From Camelus dromedarius (taxonomy: Eukaryota): DNA of 64,000 nt. Under the pieces are notes generated by a model, which ran no database searches, had not been told where the DNA came from, and saw only the letters and a program-made list of their open reading frames with translations. Positions 11,901 through 23,559 of the stretch are shown here, piece by piece. A program made the translations under genes and the position numbers. Within the stretch, counting starts at the first letter, position 1, and every line of letters begins with the position of its first letter. The stretch lies in contig NC_087447.1 in the NCBI RefSeq assembly GCF_036321535.1, positions 44,518,001-44,582,000 on the forward strand, written 5' to 3'.

Positions 11901-12357
11901 TTCCTCCTTCTTAGAGGTCTCCTGAAAGTGGCGGAGGTCAGCAGTCGCTTTGAAGATGTTCGTAACTTTCTGGGGGCTGTCACCAAACTAGGCTTCAAAG
12001 TCATCTCCAAGGTGAGGGCCCTGAGAAGTCTGACTCTATTTTTGTCTGAGGCGTGGCCCTCTGGGGTAACGGTGTGCAGGAAGGAGGTCATAGTCAGACA
12101 CAGGCATTTGCTCCTTAAAGGCCCAGCTTATGGGAGAGCCCTGGGAAGCTTTCTGAGCAGGGTTGGGACATGGACAGAGGTGTTTTGAGGAGCTGGGGTG
12201 AGGATTTAGTGCTCACTTCGGTCTTTTCTGCCCCTAGGACCTGACCAACAGCCACTTCTTCTTGTTTGACTTTCAAAAGACTGGTGCCCCTCGAGTAGGG
12301 CCCAAGGCTCAACTCTCAGGCCTGAAGCTTCAGCCTTGTCTGTACAAGCGCAGGTGA
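8691..12357 (+). CDS. RRP8: Ribosomal RNA-processing protein 8 / nucleomethylin (SAM-dependent rRNA methyltransferase), complete
   Basis: Exons 8691-8789, 10281-10647, 10871-11330, 11420-11549, 11722-11828, 11915-12011, 12238-12357; 1380 nt = 459 aa + TGA. Translation [10 protein letters not shown]...[16 protein letters not shown]...VVADFGCGD (SAM motif I)...[14 protein letters not shown]...LQPCLYKRR*. Confidence 0.97.
9535..9860 (-). mobile_element. LINE-1 3'-end fragment in RRP8 intron 1
   Basis: T-rich tail followed by gaaatatagttgatgtacaatattat...gtaaccactaacttgttc...tatctgtgagtctgtt, which is the reverse complement of the L1 3' UTR type also seen at 33150-33450. Confidence 0.7.
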
Positions 12358-13029
12358 CGTCTGGACCCCCTCTTGAAAGAGGAGGCAAGTCTTGAACTCC
12401 AGGCTCAGTATCTGAAGACTGTATCCAGCCAGGCTGTGACCCAGGACCTGGTACCACCCTTACTGTGCCCCAGGAACAAAATGAAATGAAACCTCTGGGT
12501 CAGCCCTGCTCTGATGAAGGCTTCTTGGTTGCAAGAAGCATAAAGTCATTTGGGCTAGCTAAAGAATGAGGAGTTTATTGGAGAATGCAGGAGTATCTGG
12601 GAATTACGGATCCCCTAGGTGTCGTGGAAACCACATGGTTTGAAATTCAAGGCATCTCTGGGTTTGGCTCCTCTTTTTAATCTCTCAGGAGCCACATGGG
12701 CTTTCTGTCCTAGTATCTCCACTCTCCTCTCTTCTGCTTTTCCTGTCTGCAGACCAGCTCCTGCTGACCCTTAGCTTCTACAGCTTTGGTCTGTCTAGGT
12801 CTTCAAGGCCTCGGGCAGGCATTGCTTCTTGGCTCTGGGGCAACTGGTAGCCCCCTAACATCCTGGCTGAGTACATCAGTCTGGGCTTCTAAGTCAGGGT
12901 GGTTGATTGTCCCTATACTGTACTGGGCACTTCTTTCCCCTGGTCCTCATCTTCTTTGGAGCCACATGGCCCAAACTGCTCCTAGTACCTGTTGTCCTGT
13001 GGGGCCCTGGTGTTTCTCTCGCTGGGAGC

Positions 13030-13200
13030 ACAGACTTTGGATCAGGTAGGTCTGCCACCTATTGTCATTTAATCTCTGAATGTCACAGTCCTCATTTGGA
13101 AGATGAGAGGATTCCTGTCTCATGGGATTGTTGTGTGGGGTAACTGAGGACGCCTGTAGCTGGGTCCATAGGAGGTACTTAATAAACTGTAGCTGGCTGT
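13030..13200 (+). mobile_element. MIR SINE
   Basis: Degenerate MIR core and 3' end: cagtcctcatttggaagatgagagg...ctcatgggattgttgtg...ataggaggtacttaataaa. Confidence 0.6.
13181..13186 (+). terminator. Candidate RRP8 poly(A) signal within a MIR
   Basis: First canonical AATAAA I find after the RRP8 stop, followed by a GT-rich tract (about 13198-13226). Confidence 0.5.
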
Positions 13201-14099
13201 TGTATGTTGTAAGCGTTGCTGTTTTCTAAAGACCTTCCCCAGGCAGGGTTAGGGGTTGAAGGATGAAGAATGAATATATTGACTGAGAAAAACTGTGAGA
13301 GAACTGAAGATAGCCTTTCAACAGGCTTATTTTATAGGATATTTAGAGATTCTTGACAGATTCTGAGCTGTTCTTGGAGGGGGTTTGTGTGGGAGCTGAG
13401 TCTCTTCGTAAATAACAGCTGGTTGTTGCCATTTGGGTTGGGGACTGAGCTGCTCGTTGGCAGAAGGGTCTGCCTGTTGTTTCTGCCTTGCACTGGGCCC
13501 AGATCAGCATGTGCTGGGAAAGCTATGGGCAGGGAAAGCTAATGCTGGGAGAAGATGAACTAGGATGATAGGTCCTCGGCCTCTTCTAGAAGGCATCTGC
13601 CAAGGGCCAGGTATATAAATGCAGCCTGTTCTACCAATTTCAAAGAACAAGAGCTGAGAGTGACCACTGGGACATGGTTCCAGAGCTCTGGGCCAGTTGG
13701 GTGCCTCCAGTTAAGGAGATGGATGTTTTGAGGCAGGCTGGAGGCGGAGGGCATGTTTGGAGGCTGGGCTGTGAACCATTCAGCAGGTTGTGCTCAGTAC
13801 CTTTGCACATGCTCCTCTCTGCTGAACACTCGTCTCACTGGCAAAGTCGTACTCATCCTTCCACACAGCCTCGTTGATTCCTACTCCATTACTCCCAAAG
13901 CAGAACTAACTTCTTCGTCCGCACCCTCAAAGCACTCCATGAAGAGTGCAACTTCATCATTTAAATGCTGTGCAGTGATTGTGCGTTGGGCTGCAGTCTT
14001 CTCAACTCATACTTACCATTGTGTTCCCAGAGCGGTCACTTGAGCTTCATCTAGGGAGGTGATAAGGATGAGAGGCTCCAGTTAAGTGGGACCTATGAG

Positions 14100-15200
14100 A
14101 AGCAGTGGTGTTGCAGGAACCCAGGCTTTGGGCACATGATGAGGGTGCTGTGGACTAGTGACGGTGGGGGAGCAGGCAGATGAGAACTTCAGTAGGTGGA
14201 ACTGGTGAGACATTCAGGCTCTGAGTGAAAGGAATCTGAAGAAAGTCTCGGATTTCTGGCTTGAGCCACTGTATGGGTTGGTGATACCATTCAAAAGGTT
14301 GGGTTTTAGGGACCTAGATGTTTGTTTGGAAGTGGGACGTAAGCTTGGCAGCCTGGAGGAGGTAATTCAAGTCATGGGAAGAGAAAGATACCCAGAGTAA
14401 AATGAGAGAAGAGAAAATGGCTAAGAATAGAACTCTGAGGAGCATTTAATGGATGGGTAAAGGAAAACAAACCAGTAAAGGTGACAAGATGAGAAGGTTG
14501 GTCCAGAGATGAAGGAATAAAAACCAGGAGAGTGGATTTTTTTAATATGGAAGGAGTGGGGAGGTTGTCAAATGTTGTTGAAAGGTTTATTAAGATGAGA
14601 GAGAAGTCAGATTGCAGCCGGGAGAGGACTGCTGCAGAATGTGGAGGGCCTGTTAGAATGTATGGTGGTGTTATTCGTGAGTTTTTATTTGTAGCAGGCA
14701 GCCCAGATGGTGTGGTTATCTCTGCCTTCTCAGGAGTCTAGGTGTAGCTGTGGAAGAAAGTGAGTACTAAGGGATCATCCAGAGTTGGAACCTTGCCACA
14801 CAATTGAAATGAAATCAAGCAAAGGGGTTTCAGACCGTTCGCTATTGACAGCTCTGCGGGACCATGGAATTTTGTAGAACAGGTGAGTGGAGTGAAGACA
14901 GGAGTAGGTTGATGCACTAAGAGTAACTGAACAAGTAACCTGGGAGAATGGGAGGCTGTGGTCAGAAATGGAAGTCCTTGAATAATTAATACTGGAAGCC
15001 CAGCAGCTCCAGGCAATGGCAAAGTTTAAGGTGTAGTTATAGGGGCGAGTGCTTGAGGGGCAGGCAAGGGAGGTTGCCTGGAAATTGGTTAATACCCCAG
15101 GGCTCAGGTATGGGGAAGGGTTGTCTTCGTGGACTTTGAAGTTCTCCAGGGTGATGGTAGATGTTGGCATGGGACAGGTGCCAACCTCTTGAAGAAGGGG
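14100..15200 (-). mobile_element. LINE-2 fragments
   Basis: Purine-rich antisense L2-like text (ggatttctggcttgagccact..., ggttgtcaaatgttgttgaaagg). Boundaries approximate. Confidence 0.45.
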
Positions 15201-18200
15201 ACAGACCCAGGAGATCTGCAGGCAAACAGTGGGAGAGGCTGGATAGCAGGAATTTCAAAAGGGCAGAGGATTCACACAGCCTTTTAGAGAGGCTTCCGTT
15301 CTGGGGGTGATGTGAGCCTGATGAGTGGAGCAGGCTGCCGGGCAGCCAAGATGAAATACCCTGACAGTCCTCTCCAGCTTGTCAGGATTCACTGGGGATT
15401 ACTGGGGAGAGAACTATTGCGGCAGCTCCAGAGGTCGCTGGGAGGCAAGCCATGAAGTCTGAGGAATGTGTTGGAGTAGCGGGGCATCTCTCTCACTGTA
15501 GGACACACATCACCTTTTATAGCTCCGAATCTGTTTCCCACACGTTATTTATATTTCTAGATCTTGATTAATTTTCCCTGTTTTCTTACCAGGCTCAGCA
15601 GGATGCCTGGGGTCGGCCTGCCTCCCTCTTTTGCTTTCCTCCCTTACTTACAATTTGGAGTCTTTTGTTGCCTATTCTGACCCTGGCCACCTGAGTAAAT
15701 ATCTTTCTGGGTCTGACTCAGGCCCCCAGCTCCCCCTAACCCAGCCCAGCCCCTGCAAGCATTTCCATCAATTCTGCAAGCAGGACTGCCCTGAGTCTGG
15801 GTCCTGTCTGCTGCATCATCAGCTTCAGGACAAGCTCTTGTTCAAGTCCATGCCCAGGCTTCAGTGTCTAACACCTGGAAATGCAGAGGCTCACCAACTT
15901 TCAGTGGTGGAGCTGGGGCAGTGCTGCTGCTTTAGCGTTGGCCTGCAGTCCCAGAACTTGCCGTGGCGAGCCACGCACGAGTGTATCCTGTGCACCTTGC
16001 CGGAGAGGGAGGTGTTGGGTGGTCCTGGGTCCTGTCCAGTAGGACCATTTGAAGAGGCAAGGAGACCTCAGCACAAAGAAGCTAGGAGTGTACCGTGTGG
16101 GCTGGGGAGGGAGTTGCAGGAGACCACCCTGAATGGGGCTGCACCCACCAGGGACAAGGGGACTGCAGAAAACAGCAAGGTGCCCCCCTTTAAATGTCTG
16201 TGAGGCCCATAGGGCACAGAAACACCCAGTCAAACAAGAACTATTGTATCCCCTTCCTCCTCTGCAGTTGGGCCCAGAGCGATCAGCAGCTATTAGGTGG
16301 AGAGCAGGTGAGAAGAGCAGAGAACGGACAGATCATTCTTCCCCTCCCCAGAGCAGCCTCCTTGACAGGGACAGAGCTGGGAGGTGAAAATAGTTAAGGC
16401 TACAATATGTGCGGATTATTTATTGTTACGTAGGATTAGACGTTGTGATCACTTGAGGTTAGGTTTGTATCTTAAACTGATCATAAAGCATCAGTGCGCT
16501 TCGAATGAGCTGGAAAGTCGCAGGCTTGCTGTAGCTTTTCTCCACAAAAGGGGACAAGTCCCCTCAAATGAAAAAGGGTTGGTGGGTGGTGAGAGTCAAG
16601 AACAGAGTTGGGTTTGGGTAGCGCTCTATGCTCATGCTCCCTTAGCACCCCTTGTAGAGGTTTTTAGCCTCTGCAGTGCTGGTGTGCTCCAGCTTTCGCT
16701 CCTGCGACACAGCCCTCAGGGAGCACAGTTCCCAAAGAAACAAGATCTTGGCAGAGACGCAGCTCAGCTCCAGTCCCCCAACCACTTACGTAATTGCACA
16801 AAGCCCTTTACAGAGTTTCACGGAGACCTCCCCTTAGGTCGTCCTCCATCCCAGGTGACTTCCCAGGCTGGCCACCTGGTTCTAGGATATCCGACTACTG
16901 CAGTAATGCCTTACTGGTCCAGTTGCTTCCACTGCTGCCCCCAGAGCAATTCATTTTCCACATGGCTAAGGGAGCTTTTTAAAATGTAAATCAGATATGT
17001 CACTTTTCTGCTTAAAATCCTTCAATGGATTCTCATTGCTCTGAGAACAAAAGACAGACTCCTTCCCAGGCCCTGTGTGATCTTGCCCAGGCCTCCCTCC
17101 AACTGCATCTTAACCCGGTCCTTCCTCACGAAACTCCAGCCACACAGGCTTTCTTTTCCTTCGTCCAGTGTTCCAAGCTGTTTGACTTCTGGGCCGTTAC
17201 ATACGCTGCTCCATCTTCCCAGGATACTTTTTTCCTTGGTGAGCTCACTTCCATCTTCCAGATCTTCACACCTGCATCACCTTTCCTTGTGTGGAAAAAA
17301 CTGGCTAGACACTCACCAAAACATCCTTTTCCTGGACACGCAGTGAAACTACATTTCCCAGCCCCTTGCGTCCAGGCGGGGCTGTGTGTGTCATCCTCTC
17401 CAGTGGAAAGTAAGTAGGAGTGGTGTTTCAGTTCCAGACGAGCCTTGTCTGTAGTCTCCCACCCCCTCTTCTGCCTTCCAGGGTCACCTTGAAGCACATG
17501 TTTTGAAGATGGAGTAGTCAGAGTGTAGAAGTCTGGTTAATTGAGTCCGTGCTTAGAGGAAAGTTGCTTGACCAAGACCATCCACGTTAGTTTTGAACAC
17601 AGACTAAACCTTTACTGCATTAAGTTAGGGGAATGTTACAACACTTAGCATTCCATGCCCTGGCTAGTATATCTTCTCTGGATATCCTGTCCACCTTACT
17701 CTTGATCACAAAACCCTTTGTTTCCTTCAGGGTGCTTCAGACATTTAATTTTCTTACCAGATGCCAGTCAACACTTCCCAGCTGTCCTGTGAGTCGGACT
17801 CCTAATTGGGAAAACAGTGCTTGCATGAGGAAGTTGGGATACTGATCTTATCAGCTACATTTTAATTGTGCCCCCCCACCCCCAAAAAATCCCACTAAAG
17901 GATACCTTAAATAAATTAGATTTTTTTTTCTCTCGTGACGCTAGAAACCTGATGGTTGATGGTTGTTGGCGTTGGTTCAGGAATTCAAGGATATTAGCGA
18001 TTAGGTCCTTGTGATTCTCTTGGTTTCTTGATTCTCACAGTCACACGATGAAATGTTCCTGATTAAGCAGAGACACCCTGCTTACTGTTACACTTCTCAG
18101 GGGTCTGACAGATTGCCACAGCCCCTGTCTTTCTGGCTTTACTTCAGAGGTCCTCCTACATTATAAATGTTCCATTAATCCTTATAACATGGCTAAGACC

Positions 18201-20679
18201 GATCTAAAATATTAACATTTTAAATATATTTGTTTCCCCCGTCCCTTCCCACATCTCAGTGGCCTGCCAGCAACTCACCCAGTTCAGAGCTGTTCTCCCT
18301 CTAGCTCAGTGGGGTCTGGAAGCCTGCATGGTCTATTTCTTCCACTCCTTTACCTCTGTCACTTTTAGGATTGGGATGGGGGCGTGTATTAGAGGCAAAA
18401 AGTCTGAACTTCTTTTTCAGTTTCATTGAATCAGAGTGCTCAGCTGAGACAGGCATTAATATTGGCTCAGTGTGTAGGGTATTTGGAGCGCCCCATGGAG
18501 ACTTAGGCACTAACTGGCTTTGGTTCCCTCCTTATGATACTCGGCCCACACTTCCCCTTGGCTCCTCGGAGCCCGCCCCAGACAATGTGTCCATCCACAG
18601 CCTCCTAGTGCTAAAGTGCCTCAGCTTGGCAGGCGGCCCTCCTGGGAGGGGTCTCAGCAAACACCTTAAGACTGGTTACCTTTCTGGGAGCCCACAGGAA
18701 ACTCCCATGTTTGTCCTACCAGATAGCGGAAGTGCAGCCAAGCTAGCAGTGGACTCCTCTCCCCTGCCCCGCACCAGCTAGCCTGACTCTGGCCTCTCCA
18801 TGTCTCTGCGGGCTCCAAGCCTTCAAAAGTGATTCAGGTTACTTTGTCCCAAGAAGCCTCTGCCCTAGGCTCCACCCCAGTGGCCATATGGAGATGACTA
18901 AGTTTCTGAGTGTAGCAAGCCTCTTGCTAGAGAATGTAATGCTGAATGAATACAAGGTCTCTCCCAGTCATGGGAACACTGGTTTTGATACCATATTTTA
19001 CAGTTGTTTTGTGTGTCCCTTAACTGCTTATTGTGGCTGCAGATGATTTTGCTACTTTTGTCTTTTAATCTTCCTTCTAGTTTGTGTGTGGATGATTTCC
19101 TACCTTTACACACATTATGTATGTCAAACAGAATGCATTTAAACAGAATTGATTACAAGTGGTAGAAGGCTGAAAGAGTCAGAAGATGCTGATGTAATTA
19201 AAAGCTAATGACTGGAGAGGTCAGATAACATCTTAAGGCCTGGGAAGACAGAAGGGAAGAAGGGATACAGTTACAGGAACTAGGAGCTCGGAGAAGGGGC
19301 CCCTTTTGACTGATATTACCCAGACCTTCATCGGGGAAGCTCCCTCCACATACCTGGTGCTTGGACTTCTGAGGAAGAACATGGCCTTGCGGGGCCAGCG
19401 GGGAGCAAGGTCTGACTGGGCTCTGACACGTGGGGGAGCTGGCCTATCACCACTAAGAAGTGTAGCAAAGCTGCTGCTGAGCGCAGAGGAAGCTACTAGC
19501 TGGAGCCAACTGTCTGCAGCTGAAGTAACGTGACAGCACCTGGAAAACGGGGGTGAAGACCCTCCCCTGGCTTTCACTTTCAGTTTCCCTCTATGGCATC
19601 CCTTTGGCAGAACCTAACGAACCACCTGGCAGTGGATTCTGGGAAGCACAGTTGGCAGAGTCACAGCTGCAGCAGCACGACTCCAGAGTGTGTGTCTGTG
19701 GGGCTGAGAGGGAGGTGTGTTGCAGAGGGAGATGTGGAGAGTTAGGAGTGGACAGAAAATAGGTAAACAGCCAGTGTAATCTCTGTGGCTGCTCACACGT
19801 CTCGATTGTTGCTTCTGTCAGCTGTGTGGTATTCCGTAGTGTTCATCCACCAAAGTAAACTTCTCCATTCGCTTGGTTGCTTCAGATTCTTTGCTGTCTG
19901 GAGAAATTAAAAATCCTTGCAGCTAGGGTTCTGAGCACAAAATAAGTTCCCCCTGCTAGATGCACTCATCTGAGATTTGGGAGGTAAGGGTCATCTTCCT
20001 GCTGCTTGGCAGTTGCTGCTGGAGGCAGGTTAAGATGTTGGGCTTTCTGCGGCAGCATTCCCATTGACTTCTGTTCCAAGGACAAAATAAGGATGCCTAC
20101 TATGGCGGTTAAAGTTCAGCATAGGCCTGGAGGGTCAATAGGTAAAATAAATCCACTCTGTGACTTCACAAGTTTGGCTGTCACAAAATGGTTAAGAAGG
20201 GAAATTTTGGGAAGGATATCAACAAGTTACTCACAGAATTAGCGGAAAGTCCGTGGAGGCTTAGAGAACAGGCCAAGGAAGGATGAACAGCTGCAAAAAC
20301 TAAGGTCACACTTAAGTCAGTCTGGTTAGGGTGGCACTGCTGGCAACCCCAGCTGCTTGACTTTTCTCCCACTCTTTGTTCGTGCGTAGATTGATGCTGA
20401 GAATTGAGTTAATCCACCTCGAAGTTCATGGCACTGTTAGGACTGGTTCATGGAAGGCCCCTCTCCTGTTGTTACTCTATTTCCTTTCTTCCTGATCTGC
20501 ACCTCTGTTCCTTTTGTGCCCTCACAGTGGCATGGTTGTGTGTCCCTGGAGACCTATGTATCTTTGGCAAAACAGACAGTGGTTTTCGCATGTGGATGTT
20601 GTGGCAGAGACTTGCCAGCTATCCCTCACACCCATTTTCTTCTTCCTGGGAAATCAGCTGGAGTCTTTCCCAGACTCTC

Positions 20680-21010
20680 TGATACTTAAGTGTGGCCATG
20701 CATTTGAATATAGCCAGTTGGATGGTAGTGGAACTAATGTGTGCTACTTCCTAGATTTGGATCCTTAAATTTTCCTATGCACAGTCCCCCATGTTATTTC
20801 CACTCTGGCCGACTTGATGCATTTGAGCACATGACCTTGGAAGCTACGCACTGAAGATGATGGAGCCAAAAGATGGAAGTAGCATGAGCATCACGTAGAG
20901 GAGAGCCACCCACCAGTTAGGAACATCTGTTCTGGACTTCACGTGAGTGAGAAATAAATTTCTCTCTTTTTGAGCCATTTTTACACTTGGTTTGTTGTCA
21001 CAGCAATTAG
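20680..21010 (+). mobile_element. MaLR LTR (MLT1-like) fragment
   Basis: gaagatgatggagcc...ggacttcacgtgagtgagaaataaatttc...gtttgttgtcacagc resembles the MLT1 LTR 3' half. Confidence 0.55.
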
Positions 21011-21019
21011 TAATCTTTT

Positions 21020-22680
21020 TTTTAAATCCCTTTTAATTGAACACATCAGAAAAAGAAACAAAGCACACATCCATACTGAAAAGTAAACAAAAATGTTCAG
21101 CCTATTGGTCTGTCACAAGGTCATAACCTGTGTAACCACCACCCAGACTAAGAAACAGAATGCTGTCTGTCAACACCCAAAAGTCTCTTTTGTGTCCCCT
21201 CCCAAACTTTTCTTCTCTCGACTTCACCAAGTTACCACCATCCTGACTTTCATCATGTGAATTTCCTTGCTTTTCTTTATAGTCTCACTAGTCAAGCATC
21301 CATACCTGAATTGCATATATTTCCATGTATCTGGCTGCTTTGACTCAACATTAGGTTTATGGGATTCATCCATGTATTGCGTCTAGCAGTTCTTAATCTT
21401 AATGTAGCCTAGTTTATCCGTCATCCATGGTTAATGCTGTGTGTGCCTATTTAATGAGTCATTCCTACCCCCAAAGGATGACGATATCTTACTAAATTAT
21501 CTTCTGGAAGTATTAGTATTTTGCTTTCCATAATTCTACAACCCATGTGCAACTGATTTTTCTGTGTGGTTAGAATAGGAGCCAAGTTTAATTTTATTTT
21601 CACTTAAGATATCCAATTAACCCAAAATTGTTCATTGGAAAAAATTTTTTCCTGTTGCTGTCCACCTCTCCGTATTTTTCTGTGTATGTACGAGTTTGTT
21701 TCTGGGCATCCTAATCTGTACGTCTGTCTTCGCACCAACGCCTGACTGTTTAAACTACTGTAGCTTTCTAAGAAGTCTTAGGATGTGGTACCACAAGTCC
21801 CACACACTTTCCTTCTCCAAAAGGACTATTGTTGGCCCTTTGCATTTCTATGATTGTCAAGTTCCCCAGACACCCTGCTGGGATTTCCTCATGCTAGATT
21901 AGTTTGGGACAAATTGGTATATTTGTAATACTGAGGCTTCCAATTCTGTGGTCTTTGTGCTCCATTTCATTGATTGCTGTCAGTAATGTTTTATAGATTT
22001 ATGTGCAAAAGTCTTCTTGCCCATCTTTTGTTAGATTTATTCCTAGGCATTTACTGTTTCTTTTTTAAATGTCTTGCAAATAGGATCCTTAGAAATTTCA
22101 CTTTCTGCTTCCTTGTATATAGAAATATAACCAATTTTTTATGTGTTGACCATGGAGCAACACCTTTGCTAAATAACCTGACTTACTGATTGATTCTAAT
22201 GACTTATCTGTATTCTTTTATTTTCCACATATATTATACTCATATCATCTCTGAATATCATATCAGTTTTATTTCATCCTTTCCAGTTCTGTATCATTTA
22301 TTTCTTTTTCATGCTCATTCCACTGGCCAGGACATCCATCATTATGTTCAAGAAAATAGGTGTTGGTGGAAGTCTTTGAATCATTCTCAGACTTGAATGA
22401 AAGCTTTCAGTATTTCATCATTGGGTGTGGTATTTTGATGTGAGAGTCTAATTAATGGTCAGATTAATAATGTGTTCTATTTGCTGTTATTTTTATCATG
22501 AATTGGATTTTGAATTTTGTCAAATGCTGCTTCTGAATTGAGATAATCATATCTTTTGTAAAAATTCTGTCAGTGTAGCAAGTAAAAGGTTTATTTCCAT
22601 ATGTGAATTTTTGGAGTAAAATGCTTAGTTGATTATTTCCTTTTTATATATTGATGAAATCAGTTTGATGATATTTTGTG
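21020..22680 (-). mobile_element. Old, fragmented LINE-1 (L1M-type)
   Basis: T-rich antisense L1 3'UTR/ORF2 remnants (acctgtgtaaccaccacccaga, gttagatttattcctagg, ctttcagtatttcatcatt). Confidence 0.6.
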
Positions 22681-22690
22681 TAGGACTTTT

Positions 22691-22854
22691 TTTTTTTAAA
22701 GGCTTTTATTTATTTTTAACTTTTTGGGGGTGGGGTGGGGAGGTAATTAGGTTTTTATTTATTTATTTCTCTTTAATGGACGTACTGGGGATTGAACCCA
22801 GGACCTTGTGCATGGTAGGCACCACCCTCTACCATGGAGCTCTACCCTCCCCCC
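22691..22854 (-). mobile_element. tRNA-derived SINE (camelid vic-1-like)
   Basis: Reverse complement of ggggagggtagagctccatggtagag...aggtcctgggttcaatccccagtac with an A-rich tail. Target-site duplication tgtgt(a/g)ggactttt at 22677-22690 and 22855-22868. Confidence 0.85.
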
Positions 22855-23559
22855 TGTGTGGGACTTTTTAATCTGTGCTCATCAGGGAACGTAAATGGTA
22901 TCTTCCTATAAAGCTTCCTTTTTCTACTCCACACAGTGCTTGTGAGTTCTCTTCTAACACTTGCCCCCTTCACTCACACCTTTCCAGCTGCACTGTCTGC
23001 TTTGCTGTTTGTTGAGTATTCTAGGCGTGCCCCTGCCTCGGGCCTGTTGTACTGTTACTTCACCTACTTCCACAGATATTACTTCCACACATATCTTTAT
23101 GGCTCACTTCCACACTTTATTCAGGCCTCTGTTCAAATGTCAGTGTATCAGAGAGTCTCGCTCTCTAGCTGATACTTTCCACTGCTTTATCATGCTTAGT
23201 GTTTCTTCAGGGAGCTCATCACCATCTTCTAAATGACATACGTACTTGTTTATATAATTATCATGTATTTCACCGCACTAGAATGTGAATTCCAAGAGCA
23301 GGGAATCATCTGTTTTGCTTCATACTGCCTCCGTGGGATCTAGTACACACTTGCATCTGACATCTGTTTAGAGTGTTCCAACACGTGTCTGTTTAGAACA
23401 TTTAACAAAGCCATTCCTCTAGTTAAGGACACTTAGATTATCCAAATCTGTGTGACTACAAAAAATTACAGGAAGAATTTTCTTTTAAATCTTCTTTTGA
23501 GAATGTATATATGAGTCTTCGTTCCAGATTTCAAGTTAATTTGTCAGGCCAATTATCCC

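Noticed and set aside
16384..16989. 201-aa intergenic ORF (and 190-aa ORF 15631-16203)
   Set aside because: Non-ATG starts, no recognisable domain and no convincing exon structure. The 16384 ORF runs into L2-like sequence. Probably chance ORFs.
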